Assembly (NCBI GenBank): GCA_014058405.1
Contig: CP047423.1
Coordinates: 2,565,777-2,629,776 of the forward strand
DNA: 64,000 nucleotides
Source: Candidatus Nitrospira kreftii
Lineage (GTDB): Bacteria; Nitrospirota; Nitrospiria; Nitrospirales; Nitrospiraceae
Reading direction: 5' to 3'
Below, one piece after another: positions 8,452-17,387 of the stretch. Positions within the stretch are counted from its first letter, which is position 1. Every line of letters begins with the position of its first letter. The translations under genes were made by a program, and so were the position numbers. The notes beneath the pieces are model-generated. The model worked only from the letters and a program-made list of their open reading frames with translations, was not told the DNA's origin and did not search any database.

Positions 8452-11339
8452 TGAAACCGCCTCAACGGAAAAAAGGGGGAGATCGGCGTCGAAAGACGGC
8501 CTCGCAAACTGTTGCTTCCGTTGCGTTGGATCTCCTTGAAGGGCTTCCTTTCGCCACCCTCATTCTCAACCCCAACCTGACGGTCCAGGCTATCAACCGA
8601 GAGGCCATTCGGCTGCTCGGATCACGATATCGATCTCGCCATGGATCGTCGTTTCCGGCGCTATGGGCAAAACTCACCCAATCTAGTGAATCACTGATTT
8701 CTGCGCAACTGAATAGTACGTTTAGAACAAATCGTCCTATCTCAGCGACTCAACAACTCTTCGTAAGCAGTAAGACGACAACCACCCCTATCGAGTGGAC
8801 GTGCCTCCCGAATGAGCTCGATGGGACGAGAGTTCTGGTCATCAGCATTCGAGATCTATCCCATGAAATGGAGTTGAAGCAGGACCGTGATCGCTTGGCG
8901 GCAATCGCCGAAGAAAGCCCTTCACCCCTTATCGAACTGGATCGAGCTTCCAGTCTGTTGTATGCCAATCCCGCCATGATTGCACTACTCTCTCGATTTG
9001 GGTACAGCCTCGAAGGGTTCCCAAACGTGGCGCCAAGCCGACTTCCAAGCATTGTCGAGCACTGCCTCAAGACCGGTCAGACACTCCAGCACGAAGAAGT
9101 CCTCCTGCCGGAAGCCAGTTTTTCATGGACCTTTTGTCCAGTGCCTCATCATGGAGTGGTTCGTGGCTATGCGACTGACATGACAAACATTCACAAGACG
9201 CAGCAAGCGCTCCGGTTATCAGCCGACCAACTTCGTCAGAGCAACCAACGACTCGACAAGGCGCTTGACGAAGCAAAGGAGTCTGCACGCGTCAAGACTG
9301 CATTCCTTGCCACGGTCAGTCATGAGCTGAGAACCCCGATGAACGGCGTGATCGGCATGACGAGCCTCCTCATGGAGACATCCTTGACGACTGAACAGCA
9401 GTCCTACGCCGAAACCATACGACAGTGCGGCGAAGCGCTGCTGCAACTGATCAATGATGTGCTCGAATGCAGCAAGATTGAGGCGGGCAAACTGGAGCTG
9501 GAGTGTCTCGATTTCAATCTGCGAACTACGGTAGAGCAGGTCCTCGCACAATTTGCCGAACGCGCCGAGACGAAAAGTCTGGAGTTGACCGGCCTGGTCC
9601 ATGCGGCGGTACCGACCGGACTCAAAGGCGACCCTGGACGATTGCGCCAGATCCTGACCAATCTTGTGGCGAACGCCGTGAAGTTTACCGACAAAGGAGA
9701 AGTGACACTGCAGGCCTATCTTGAAGAGGACCTATCGGATTCCGCAGTCATCCGGTTCGAAGTCACCGACAGCGGGATCGGCATCAGCCCGAATACTCAG
9801 GCCAAGCTCTTTCGTCCATTCATGCAGGCTGACAGTTCCACGACGAGAAAATACGGCGGCACCGGTCTTGGCCTGTCAATTTCGAAGCAACTCGTGGAGT
9901 TGATGGGAGGAAGTATCGGCGTTCGGAGCTCCGAAGGACAAGGGAGCACCTTCTGGTGTACGGCGCGCCTGCTCAAACAAGCCGGCTCGCCGCGTGCCAT
10001 TCTTCCGATGGGAGATCTCGCAGGAAAGCGTGTCTTGATCGTCGATGACAACGAATCCAATCGGCTGATTCTCCATCATTTGGTGTCCGGCTGGGGAATG
10101 GTTGACGATCTGGCAGAGGACGCCGAATCAGCTTTGCGCCGGATATCCGAGGCGACACAACGAGGAACTCCTTACGATCTTGCCATCCTGGATGTCATCA
10201 TGCCGGGCAAGGACGGGCTGCAGCTTGCCCGAGAACTCCAGCATCATCCGGAGGGATCTGGGATTCGCCTGGTCGTGATGACCTCGATGCTCCAACGAGG
10301 CCATGCGGAACAGGCACGGCAGGCCGGCGTCACGGGCTATCTACCGAAACCTGTGCGCCACGACGAATTACGAGACTGTTTACGAACCGTTCTCGGTCTT
10401 GCCGAGAGTCCTAGGCCAAAGGAGGCTCAAACACTCTCAGTCGTTCCTCAACTTGTCACCAGGCATACGGTCGCAGAGAACGTCCGACACCGACGCGTGC
10501 TGGTGGTGGAAGACAATCTCGTCAACCAAAAGCTTGCCGTCCGCATGGTGGAGAAACTGGGGTATCAGCCTGATGTTGTCGACAACGGCCAAGAAGCACT
10601 GACAGCATTGAAGAAGAGTGACTATGCCGCTATTTTAATGGACTGTCAAATGCCCATCATGGATGGCTTTGAGACGACCAAGAATATTCGCCAGCGTGAA
10701 GCACTGGCCGCATCTGGTGGACCGCAAGCTGAAGCAGGTCCTCAATTAGGCATCGAGTCGTCATCGCTACCGCATATGCCGATCATTGCGGTGACCGCCA
10801 ATGCCATGCAAGGAGATCGAGAACGTTGTTTGGCGGCTGGGATGGATGATTATCTTTCGAAGCCGATCAAACTGGACGAACTCCGCGCTGCCCTTGCGCG
10901 TTGGATCACCTCACCGCCTACCAACGCCATGCCTGAGCAACAGCAGCCCGTGTACACCACGACCGCTTCTACTCGAGGGATCTTTGACCCCGCCAGAATG
11001 TACCAAAATATCGGTAGCGATAACGATTTGTTTGCGCAACTCATCTGTCTGTTCCTCGATCGTCACCAGACGATGTTGGCCGAGATCAGAACCGCGCTCG
11101 CCGATGCCGATTCGTCCGCGGTGGAGCGAACTGCCCACACCTTCAAGGGAACGGCGGGAAACCTTTGCGCTTCCGAAGTAGGACTCACCGCCAGTCGTCT
11201 CGAGGCTGTCGGTCGTCTCAACGCGCTTCACGATGCCCCTCCCGTCTATGCGCAGCTCGAGCTCGAGGTGGCACGACTCATTCGCGTGTTGGAATCCTAC
11301 CGGCAGGGGTATCAGCCCATCACTGAAGCGGCCGCCTAG
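8451..11339 (+). CDS. PAS-containing hybrid sensor histidine kinase (HisKA-HATPase-REC-REC-Hpt)
   Basis: 962 aa. H-box 'SHELRTPMNGVIG'; G-boxes 'DSGIGI...GGTGLGLSISKQLV'. REC1 has 'VLIVDDNESN...LAILDVIMPGKDG' and REC2 has 'VLVVEDNLVN...ILMDCQMPIMDG'. Hpt motif 'HTFKGTAGNL'. Its start overlaps the HD-GYP stop (TAATG). Confidence 0.85.
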   Translation: MKPPQRKKGGDRRRKTASQTVASVALDLLEGLPFATLILNPNLTVQAINREAIRLLGSRYRSRHGSSFPALWAKLTQSSESLISAQLNSTFRTNRPISATQQLFVSSKTTTTPIEWTCLPNELDGTRVLVISIRDLSHEMELKQDRDRLAAIAEESPSPLIELDRASSLLYANPAMIALLSRFGYSLEGFPNVAPSRLPSIVEHCLKTGQTLQHEEVLLPEASFSWTFCPVPHHGVVRGYATDMTNIHKTQQALRLSADQLRQSNQRLDKALDEAKESARVKTAFLATVSHELRTPMNGVIGMTSLLMETSLTTEQQSYAETIRQCGEALLQLINDVLECSKIEAGKLELECLDFNLRTTVEQVLAQFAERAETKSLELTGLVHAAVPTGLKGDPGRLRQILTNLVANAVKFTDKGEVTLQAYLEEDLSDSAVIRFEVTDSGIGISPNTQAKLFRPFMQADSSTTRKYGGTGLGLSISKQLVELMGGSIGVRSSEGQGSTFWCTARLLKQAGSPRAILPMGDLAGKRVLIVDDNESNRLILHHLVSGWGMVDDLAEDAESALRRISEATQRGTPYDLAILDVIMPGKDGLQLARELQHHPEGSGIRLVVMTSMLQRGHAEQARQAGVTGYLPKPVRHDELRDCLRTVLGLAESPRPKEAQTLSVVPQLVTRHTVAENVRHRRVLVVEDNLVNQKLAVRMVEKLGYQPDVVDNGQEALTALKKSDYAAILMDCQMPIMDGFETTKNIRQREALAASGGPQAEAGPQLGIESSSLPHMPIIAVTANAMQGDRERCLAAGMDDYLSKPIKLDELRAALARWITSPPTNAMPEQQQPVYTTTASTRGIFDPARMYQNIGSDNDLFAQLICLFLDRHQTMLAEIRTALADADSSAVERTAHTFKGTAGNLCASEVGLTASRLEAVGRLNALHDAPPVYAQLELEVARLIRVLESYRQGYQPITEAAA

Positions 11340-11373
11340 ACTGCTCTTCTTCCATCTATTCTATTGAGGCCAT

Positions 11374-11856
11374 TTATACAGGGCACTCTGTAGCAGGGTG
11401 CACACTTGTAGGGGCTTCTGTGGTGGGAGGTGCTTCAGGAAACAACGGATGTCTCGTGGGAAACTCTTCAGAGAGGACCAACTGTTTCCCGAGCTTCGTC
11501 GTGTGGCTTATGAGCAGCGGACCCCGAAGATTGGCAGTGATGCGACCTGGATCATCCGAGGGAATGGTCAAGATCACAGCCAAGGCGAGATCATCCCTTT
11601 GTCCTTCCTTGATCTCTACGAGGGCATCGGCGGGAACATCAATATGGTAATCAGGATGGAACGTAGCCGGATCCATGAGAACAAAGGCCAGGCCAGGCTC
11701 GTCCACCGATTGCAGCCACTTGAAAGGGACTTCGGTGTCGTTATCAAGTATCACATACCGCTGTTGCTCGGGGAACCCAAGTAGCCCGGAAGGAAACCTG
11801 ACGATACTCTTTTCGGAAACCTCGAATGATCCGAATCGGGTCGATGTGCACTTCAC
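11374..11856 (-). CDS. fliW: flagellar assembly factor FliW
   Basis: 160 aa with 'FGSFEVSEKSIVRFPSGLLGFPEQQRYVILD...PFKWLQSVDEPGLAFVLMDP'. It sits next to csrA. Confidence 0.85.
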   Translation of the reverse strand: MKCTSTRFGSFEVSEKSIVRFPSGLLGFPEQQRYVILDNDTEVPFKWLQSVDEPGLAFVLMDPATFHPDYHIDVPADALVEIKEGQRDDLALAVILTIPSDDPGRITANLRGPLLISHTTKLGKQLVLSEEFPTRHPLFPEAPPTTEAPTSVHPATECPV

Positions 11857-11866
11857 GACTCTATCC

Positions 11867-12112
11867 TCACGAGGCCAAGCGGCGCTTTACAGGAATGAGG
11901 CGACGAAACGCCTCGAGCGGCACTGCCTGCGTTTTCGCAGCTAACCGGTTCTCTTCTTGAATCCTCGTATATACCTCTTCTCGATGAACCGCGACAGCCG
12001 GTGGCGCTTCGATTCCGAGTCGAACCTGCCCACTTTTCACACCCAGTACGACGACACGAATGTCTGGGCCGATCGTAACACTCTCTCCCCGTCGACGTGT
12101 CAGTACCAGCAT
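11867..12112 (-). CDS. csrA: carbon storage regulator CsrA
   Basis: 81 aa with '[48 protein letters not shown]'. Confidence 0.9.
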   Translation of the reverse strand: MLVLTRRRGESVTIGPDIRVVVLGVKSGQVRLGIEAPPAVAVHREEVYTRIQEENRLAAKTQAVPLEAFRRLIPVKRRLAS

Positions 12113-12183
12113 ACTCGCCTTCCATGGCTACACAGTGTGTCATTGAATTATCGGCCATCCATGATGCAAACTTGATAGATACC

Positions 12184-13953
12184 TTACCGCAGGTGCTTCA
12201 GGAGAGAATTCTCGAATATCCGCCCGAGCGTTTCGCCTGCAGCTTGAATGGCATACTCTTGCAGGGTGAGATCGGAGATGGTTCGTGCCAAATCGATGCC
12301 TTCGAATGAGGACAGCGTGTTGGTTGCCAGCACTTTCGTGTCTTCCAATGCCGATGAAGTGGCTTCCATGCGATTCGCGAGCGCACCGACTTCAGCCTGA
12401 GCCGCCGATACCTGCCCAAGTGCGCGATCCAAGTCACCGAGGCTCTCCACGATTCCGGCCTTGAAGTTTCCCCTCAGCGCTGCAAGCAAATGCTGCACTG
12501 TTTCAAAGAGATTCACATTCGGGCCGCTGAAGGCTTGATGGCCAAGCACGTTCGTGGGGATCACCTCCCCGTCTGCCACTTCAATTTTGTGAGTTGTAGA
12601 ATCTCCGGCATATCTGCTTTGGCTGACGAGATGGAATAGATCTCCCGAAGTTGGAGACCCCGTGTCGTTCGTGATCGTGAGCTGAATGCCGTCAAACGTG
12701 ATCGGAGCACCTGAGGTGTACGCCTGTCCCCCAAGCACCGTCTTCGGAGTGAGCGCGACGGTAAATCGATCTCCAGCCACGGGTGATCCTGGCTGTCCGT
12801 TTGAAAGCACCACACGCAAGCCATCAAATTCGATCGCTCCTCCGAACACATAGCTGTTCCCAGTTGAAAGGGTTGAGCCGGTCGTCGTATTGACGACCGA
12901 ATACTGTGTGGGAGACGTGAATTGAATCTCGTACGTATCAAGGGTAACCTGCTGTGGGTCAATTACTCCGGTATCAATGGCCCCGACTCGTCCTACATTG
13001 GCTACGCTCGCAGTCACCCTTACCGGTGCCGATGTATTGACAACGTCATAGCTGGTGGGACCCGTGAATCGGACGACATAGTTGTCGAACGAGGCAACGT
13101 TCGCGTCATGCACCTGCCCCTGAGAGATGATGGCTCCCCCGCTGTTGGCCGAGGCTGCCTGTGTGACCACGGTGGGAGCAAAGGTTACAGTACCATCGGC
13201 GGCACTACCTCCGTTGAACCCGAGCAGCGTACGCGCAGATCCACCAATCACTTCTACTTTCGCGCTGGATCCCGTGGAATTGGAGGCAACCACAAGACGA
13301 GCATTTTCATACGTCACCGAAACGCTTTTCCCTGCCGCAAGCAAAGCTGTATCAGTGTTGATCCGGCTCTGGATCCGTGCGGCTACTTCGGAGCCGCTGA
13401 GTGTCTCGGTGCCGCTGGTTAAATCGACCAAACCGGATGTCACACCATCAATTCTCACGGTCAGTGTGTCCGCAACAGCGTTCGTCAATGTAACGGGAGT
13501 AGACACCGCCAGCCCGGCAGCAAATCCGTGTCGGCTCGTGCCTCCAAATACCGGTTGGTTCTCATCGAACTCGGCGTTGCCGAGTTGAAGTAAATGTTGC
13601 AAGAGTCCTTGCACTTCGTGTGCACCAGCCACTCGTTCTGCCGCGCCGTTTGTGTCGGAGGCAAACTGAACCGCCAGCTGCCTGATACGAGACAGGGCCG
13701 TCGTGGTGCCTTGGAGCGAGGTATCGGCCAAATCAACTCGTGTCGTGGCGGTTGAAATATTGCGAAGCCGTTGCTCCAGCTTTGCTAATGTCGTCCGTTC
13801 TCCGACGATCCGATGGAAACGACCAGGGTCGTCGGAAGGTTGCAAAACCTGTTTTCCAGTTGCGAGATGTTCCTGCAAACGTAGTGCTTTGGATCGAGCC
13901 CGTTGGTAGTTGTTTACCAGGAATCCAAACACCTGCTGTTCTGTGACACGCAT
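12184..13953 (-). CDS. flgL: flagellar hook-associated protein 3 FlgL (long variable region)
   Basis: 589 aa with flagellin-type N- and C-terminal helices ('...SDDPG...', 'DLARTISDLTLQEYAIQAAGETLGRI'). It directly follows flgK. Confidence 0.8.
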   Translation of the reverse strand: MRVTEQQVFGFLVNNYQRARSKALRLQEHLATGKQVLQPSDDPGRFHRIVGERTTLAKLEQRLRNISTATTRVDLADTSLQGTTTALSRIRQLAVQFASDTNGAAERVAGAHEVQGLLQHLLQLGNAEFDENQPVFGGTSRHGFAAGLAVSTPVTLTNAVADTLTVRIDGVTSGLVDLTSGTETLSGSEVAARIQSRINTDTALLAAGKSVSVTYENARLVVASNSTGSSAKVEVIGGSARTLLGFNGGSAADGTVTFAPTVVTQAASANSGGAIISQGQVHDANVASFDNYVVRFTGPTSYDVVNTSAPVRVTASVANVGRVGAIDTGVIDPQQVTLDTYEIQFTSPTQYSVVNTTTGSTLSTGNSYVFGGAIEFDGLRVVLSNGQPGSPVAGDRFTVALTPKTVLGGQAYTSGAPITFDGIQLTITNDTGSPTSGDLFHLVSQSRYAGDSTTHKIEVADGEVIPTNVLGHQAFSGPNVNLFETVQHLLAALRGNFKAGIVESLGDLDRALGQVSAAQAEVGALANRMEATSSALEDTKVLATNTLSSFEGIDLARTISDLTLQEYAIQAAGETLGRIFENSLLKHLR

Positions 13954-13968
13954 GGCAGGCTCCTCCGC

Positions 13969-15993
13969 CTATCGTTTGAGCGAAATCAACGTCGACATCA
14001 TTTCATCAGCAGCGACGATCATGCGTGACGCTGCTTCAAACGCCCGCTGAAACTTGAGAAGATTGATCAATTCCTCATCAAGCGAGACACCGGATACCTG
14101 TGCGCGGAAGTTCTGGAGTTGTTCGTGGCGTATCTCTTCCGCCTCGAGACGTTGCCCTGCAACTTGAGAGACCACACCAAGATCGGTCCCGGTCTTACGA
14201 TAGGCGTCGAACAGCGTCGTATTATCGAGGCCGGTGACGTTTTTCGACTGGAGCGCGACGAGATCCAAGCCGTTCTCACTATTACCCGGGACACCCGCTC
14301 GTGTGGACGAGAGCGCAAGTTTTGATGAATCTGAGAACGCGACAGCCAAATCCCTCGCCGCGTTGTCGCGAGAGTTTACGCTCAATACATCGTTGGCCGC
14401 CGGAGCTCCGGAGACGGTCACTGCAATCCCGTCCAGATGAAATGTTTGAGGCCCGCTATACGTGCCGGACGCCGCCGTGCTGACCCCGCCCGATAATCCG
14501 AGCGTCGCCCGTGCCGTTCCACCTGTCACATCCACAGCACTGGCCCCGCCAACAGAATTTGACCGCAAAACAAGTCGGTGTGTTGTGTGATCAAACAACA
14601 CCGTGATCTGCCGGCCGGCTGCGGCCAGTGTGCTGTCCGCGTTGATTTTGCTTTGAAGCTCCTCGGCAAGCGCGTCGCCAGAGATATACGCCAGACCCGG
14701 TGATCCGGTACCGTTGAGCGTAATGGTTCCCGAGGCCGTTCCGTCTACCGATACGACCAGTGTATCGTTCACCCCCGTCACAATGCTGACAGGTGCATCC
14801 ACTGTCGGAGGTGTCAGCACCGTTCCGGTATAGTTCCCTCTGATGCCGGCTCCCGTTGTTGCATCGACTATTGCGTACCCGCTAGGTCCCGTGAATCGAA
14901 TCTCATAATCATGGAACGTCAGGAGACTCGGCGCAGTGACCGCCCCGTTCGCGATCGAGGCAGTGCCACTGTTTGTGGTAGGTGCTTGAGTTGTAACCGA
15001 TAATCCCAAAAAGAGATCTTCTCCGGTGGAACCATCGAGACCATACCCCACTCGGTGAATTTGGTTCACCTCAGTGAGGAGCGAGCCAGCCAGAGCATTG
15101 ATTCCTCGTTGGATCGAAGGAATCGTGCGATCCCGGACATCCAGGAGTCCGCGCAACTTGCCGGTACTTACCAAATCGTTAATGACGTACGGTTGAGATC
15201 CTCCCATATCGTACCCGATATCCAGCAACGCTTGATTGTCTGGAGATTCGACCCCGACGAGCTGACGGGTCGTTTCCTGGTCCACTAAGACGAGCCCGCG
15301 GGCGGTAAAGACTGAGACCGTGCCGTCCGGACGATCAAGAGTGAACACCTCAACTCGCGTGGCCAGCTCATTAACGGTCAAGTCCCGCTGATCGCGGAGG
15401 TCATTGGCATTCTGGCCGCTGACCTCGGCGGATCTAATTTGGCTATTGAACTCGGCAATCTTTCCAGTCAAGGCATTGATCTCGTTGATCGTCACACCGA
15501 TCTGCACATCAACGCCGCGACGGGTCTCGCCCAAATCTGTATCGAGCTGATGGAATGCGCTCGACAAAGTCGTGGCTCGTGAGAGGACGACGGAACGCGG
15601 AGCGATCTGAGACGGTGTCGTGGTTGCATCCTGCAGTGCCTTGAAAAACTCATTCAACTTCCCCGATAGACCCTGCCCACGCGCATCCCCCAAAAGACTC
15701 TCGAGCCTGCTCAATTCGTCGCGCGCCACTGTAAACTGCCCCAGATCTTCATGAGACTGCGCCAACTCCCGATTGAGGAATACGTCCACTGCGCGTCGGA
15801 TCTCGGCGATTTTCACTCCCGTGCCGGCTTGCCCTGGACTCCCATCAACAGGTCGCTCTTCCGTGAGTATGACTTGTTGCCTGGAGAATCCGGGAGTGTT
15901 CACATTGCCGATGTTATGGCCGGTGACCGTCAAGGCCTGTTGCGCCGTAAAGAGGGCGGACTTTGCAACGTCAAGCAGTGCGTTCAGCCCCAT
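13969..15993 (-). CDS. flgK: flagellar hook-associated protein 1 FlgK
   Basis: 674 aa. N-terminus 'ALFTAQQALTVTGHNIGNVNTPGFSRQ'; C-terminus 'GVSLDEELINLLKFQRAFEAASRMI'. Confidence 0.9.
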   Translation of the reverse strand: MGLNALLDVAKSALFTAQQALTVTGHNIGNVNTPGFSRQQVILTEERPVDGSPGQAGTGVKIAEIRRAVDVFLNRELAQSHEDLGQFTVARDELSRLESLLGDARGQGLSGKLNEFFKALQDATTTPSQIAPRSVVLSRATTLSSAFHQLDTDLGETRRGVDVQIGVTINEINALTGKIAEFNSQIRSAEVSGQNANDLRDQRDLTVNELATRVEVFTLDRPDGTVSVFTARGLVLVDQETTRQLVGVESPDNQALLDIGYDMGGSQPYVINDLVSTGKLRGLLDVRDRTIPSIQRGINALAGSLLTEVNQIHRVGYGLDGSTGEDLFLGLSVTTQAPTTNSGTASIANGAVTAPSLLTFHDYEIRFTGPSGYAIVDATTGAGIRGNYTGTVLTPPTVDAPVSIVTGVNDTLVVSVDGTASGTITLNGTGSPGLAYISGDALAEELQSKINADSTLAAAGRQITVLFDHTTHRLVLRSNSVGGASAVDVTGGTARATLGLSGGVSTAASGTYSGPQTFHLDGIAVTVSGAPAANDVLSVNSRDNAARDLAVAFSDSSKLALSSTRAGVPGNSENGLDLVALQSKNVTGLDNTTLFDAYRKTGTDLGVVSQVAGQRLEAEEIRHEQLQNFRAQVSGVSLDEELINLLKFQRAFEAASRMIVAADEMMSTLISLKR

Positions 15994-15999
15994 CGCCCT

Positions 16000-16563
16000 T
16001 CACCCCTTCCGCCTGATCAGCGTAGCCGGCATGCCGTTAGTGTTTCGACCGCCTAGGATCGAATAGACGTCACTTTCTGGAGCAGGCTGACGATGAGCTT
16101 CCAAGGCGCGGACAAGAAACGACTGAATATTGTTCACCAGTACCTGGTTGACCGCAATATCCTGTTGCACTGTTCGAACTTGCTCTGCGAGTCGCTCATA
16201 CTGATGCACAATTGCTTGAGTGTGTGGGATTTTCATCCGTTGCAGAATATTCGGTAATGTTCGAGCCGTTTCTGGTACGTCATGGGTAACGGCTAAGTCG
16301 CGCACGAATGCGTTAAACTCTTCTTTCAGACCGCTGAGACACTCAAGGATTGAAACTCTGGCCTGATTGATCGAGATAAACTCGTCGAGCGCCATGCGTT
16401 TGATGGCATCGCGTTCGTGGCGGATGTTTTGTGCGAGAAGTTCACATTGCGCGGATTCACGCGCAATGAGATCGATTAACTGATCGAGAGAGCCTGAGAC
16501 ATTCACGATCGACAACCTGCCCATCCATAGGCCAGAACGGAAATCCGTCCGTTGCTGTCGCAC
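16000..16563 (-). CDS. flgN: FlgN-like flagellar export chaperone
   Basis: 187-aa helical protein in the canonical slot between flgM and flgK. The call rests on position and composition only. Confidence 0.55.
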   Translation of the reverse strand: MRQQRTDFRSGLWMGRLSIVNVSGSLDQLIDLIARESAQCELLAQNIRHERDAIKRMALDEFISINQARVSILECLSGLKEEFNAFVRDLAVTHDVPETARTLPNILQRMKIPHTQAIVHQYERLAEQVRTVQQDIAVNQVLVNNIQSFLVRALEAHRQPAPESDVYSILGGRNTNGMPATLIRRKG

Positions 16564-16583
16564 TTGCAGGAAACTAACGTGGC

Positions 16584-16889
16584 TTAGAGTACGGCGTCTG
16601 TCAGAACCTGTTTCACAAGGGCATCACCTACCGCACGGCCACTGACATCGTACGTTCCACTTTCAAGGGATCGCCTGATGCCCTCCACTCGTTCAGCCCG
16701 CTCAGGATCCGGTTGATTTGCCAACTCGCGAATCCGTTGTAGTTCCTTCGCCTGAGCGGAAATCTGAACTTCATCCTTACCTGCTTGGGTGCGGACAGTT
16801 GCTTGTCGCGCGCTGGAACTTTCAGCTTCGTGAACTCCAAGCAACACCTTTGCAAGATGATCGACTTTCCCATGACCTGAAATTTGCAT
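16584..16889 (-). CDS. flgM: anti-sigma-28 factor FlgM
   Basis: 101 aa with C-terminal 'RVEGIRRSLESGTYDVSGRAVGDALV'. It is preceded by a sigma-28 promoter. Confidence 0.85.
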   Translation of the reverse strand: MQISGHGKVDHLAKVLLGVHEAESSSARQATVRTQAGKDEVQISAQAKELQRIRELANQPDPERAERVEGIRRSLESGTYDVSGRAVGDALVKQVLTDAVL

Positions 16890-16966
16890 ATTCCTACTCC
16901 TTCCCCACTTTTCTTGTCCGAGCTATAAGGCGACGCGTGTGACGGCCTTTACCCCGGTCGTACTCC

Positions 16967-16994
16967 TTATCGGCTCCTACCCAACAGAACTTGA
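16967..16994 (-). promoter_or_regulatory. sigma-28 (FliA)-type promoter for flgM-flgN-flgK-flgL-csrA-fliW
   Basis: The minus strand reads TCAAGTTC-N12-GCCGATAA. The -35 element lies inside the 3' end of the flgJ-like gene. It is about 75 nt upstream of the flgM start. Confidence 0.65.
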
Positions 16995-17387
16995 GCTTTT
17001 CACCGGGGATAGAGAAAAATGTTTATCGGCATATTCCTGAACCATTTTGGCGATCCCAATACCTCCGGAGTCGGCTGCGCGAACCCCGATTTCCTGATCA
17101 TAAAATGAGTAAAAATAGGCTCCTTGCTTGCTTGCAATGGTTCCCTCGGGAACCGTTTCTCTCATAACCTTCAATAAATATGAGATAAAATAAGCTTCGA
17201 ATTGCCGGCCGGCCTGAATCAACTGTTCGCGATTCTCATCAATATCATTTACTTTCAATGAGTTAAGTTGATGATCGAGATGGCCAGTGCTGATATTCCA
17301 AGTAGGATCTGCATGTAACGGTATAGACCCCCATTTAGAATCATCACTATGCGAAGGATTTACATTGTTAATCATATTGGTGATCAA
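16977..17387 (-). CDS. flgJ: rod-binding protein (FlgJ N-terminal domain only, no muramidase domain)
   Basis: 136 aa with the rod-binding motif 'QFEAYFISYLLKVMRETVP'. It follows flgI with a 4-nt overlap. Confidence 0.7.
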   Translation of the reverse strand: MITNMINNVNPSHSDDSKWGSIPLHADPTWNISTGHLDHQLNSLKVNDIDENREQLIQAGRQFEAYFISYLLKVMRETVPEGTIASKQGAYFYSFYDQEIGVRAADSGGIGIAKMVQEYADKHFSLSPVKSSSSVG

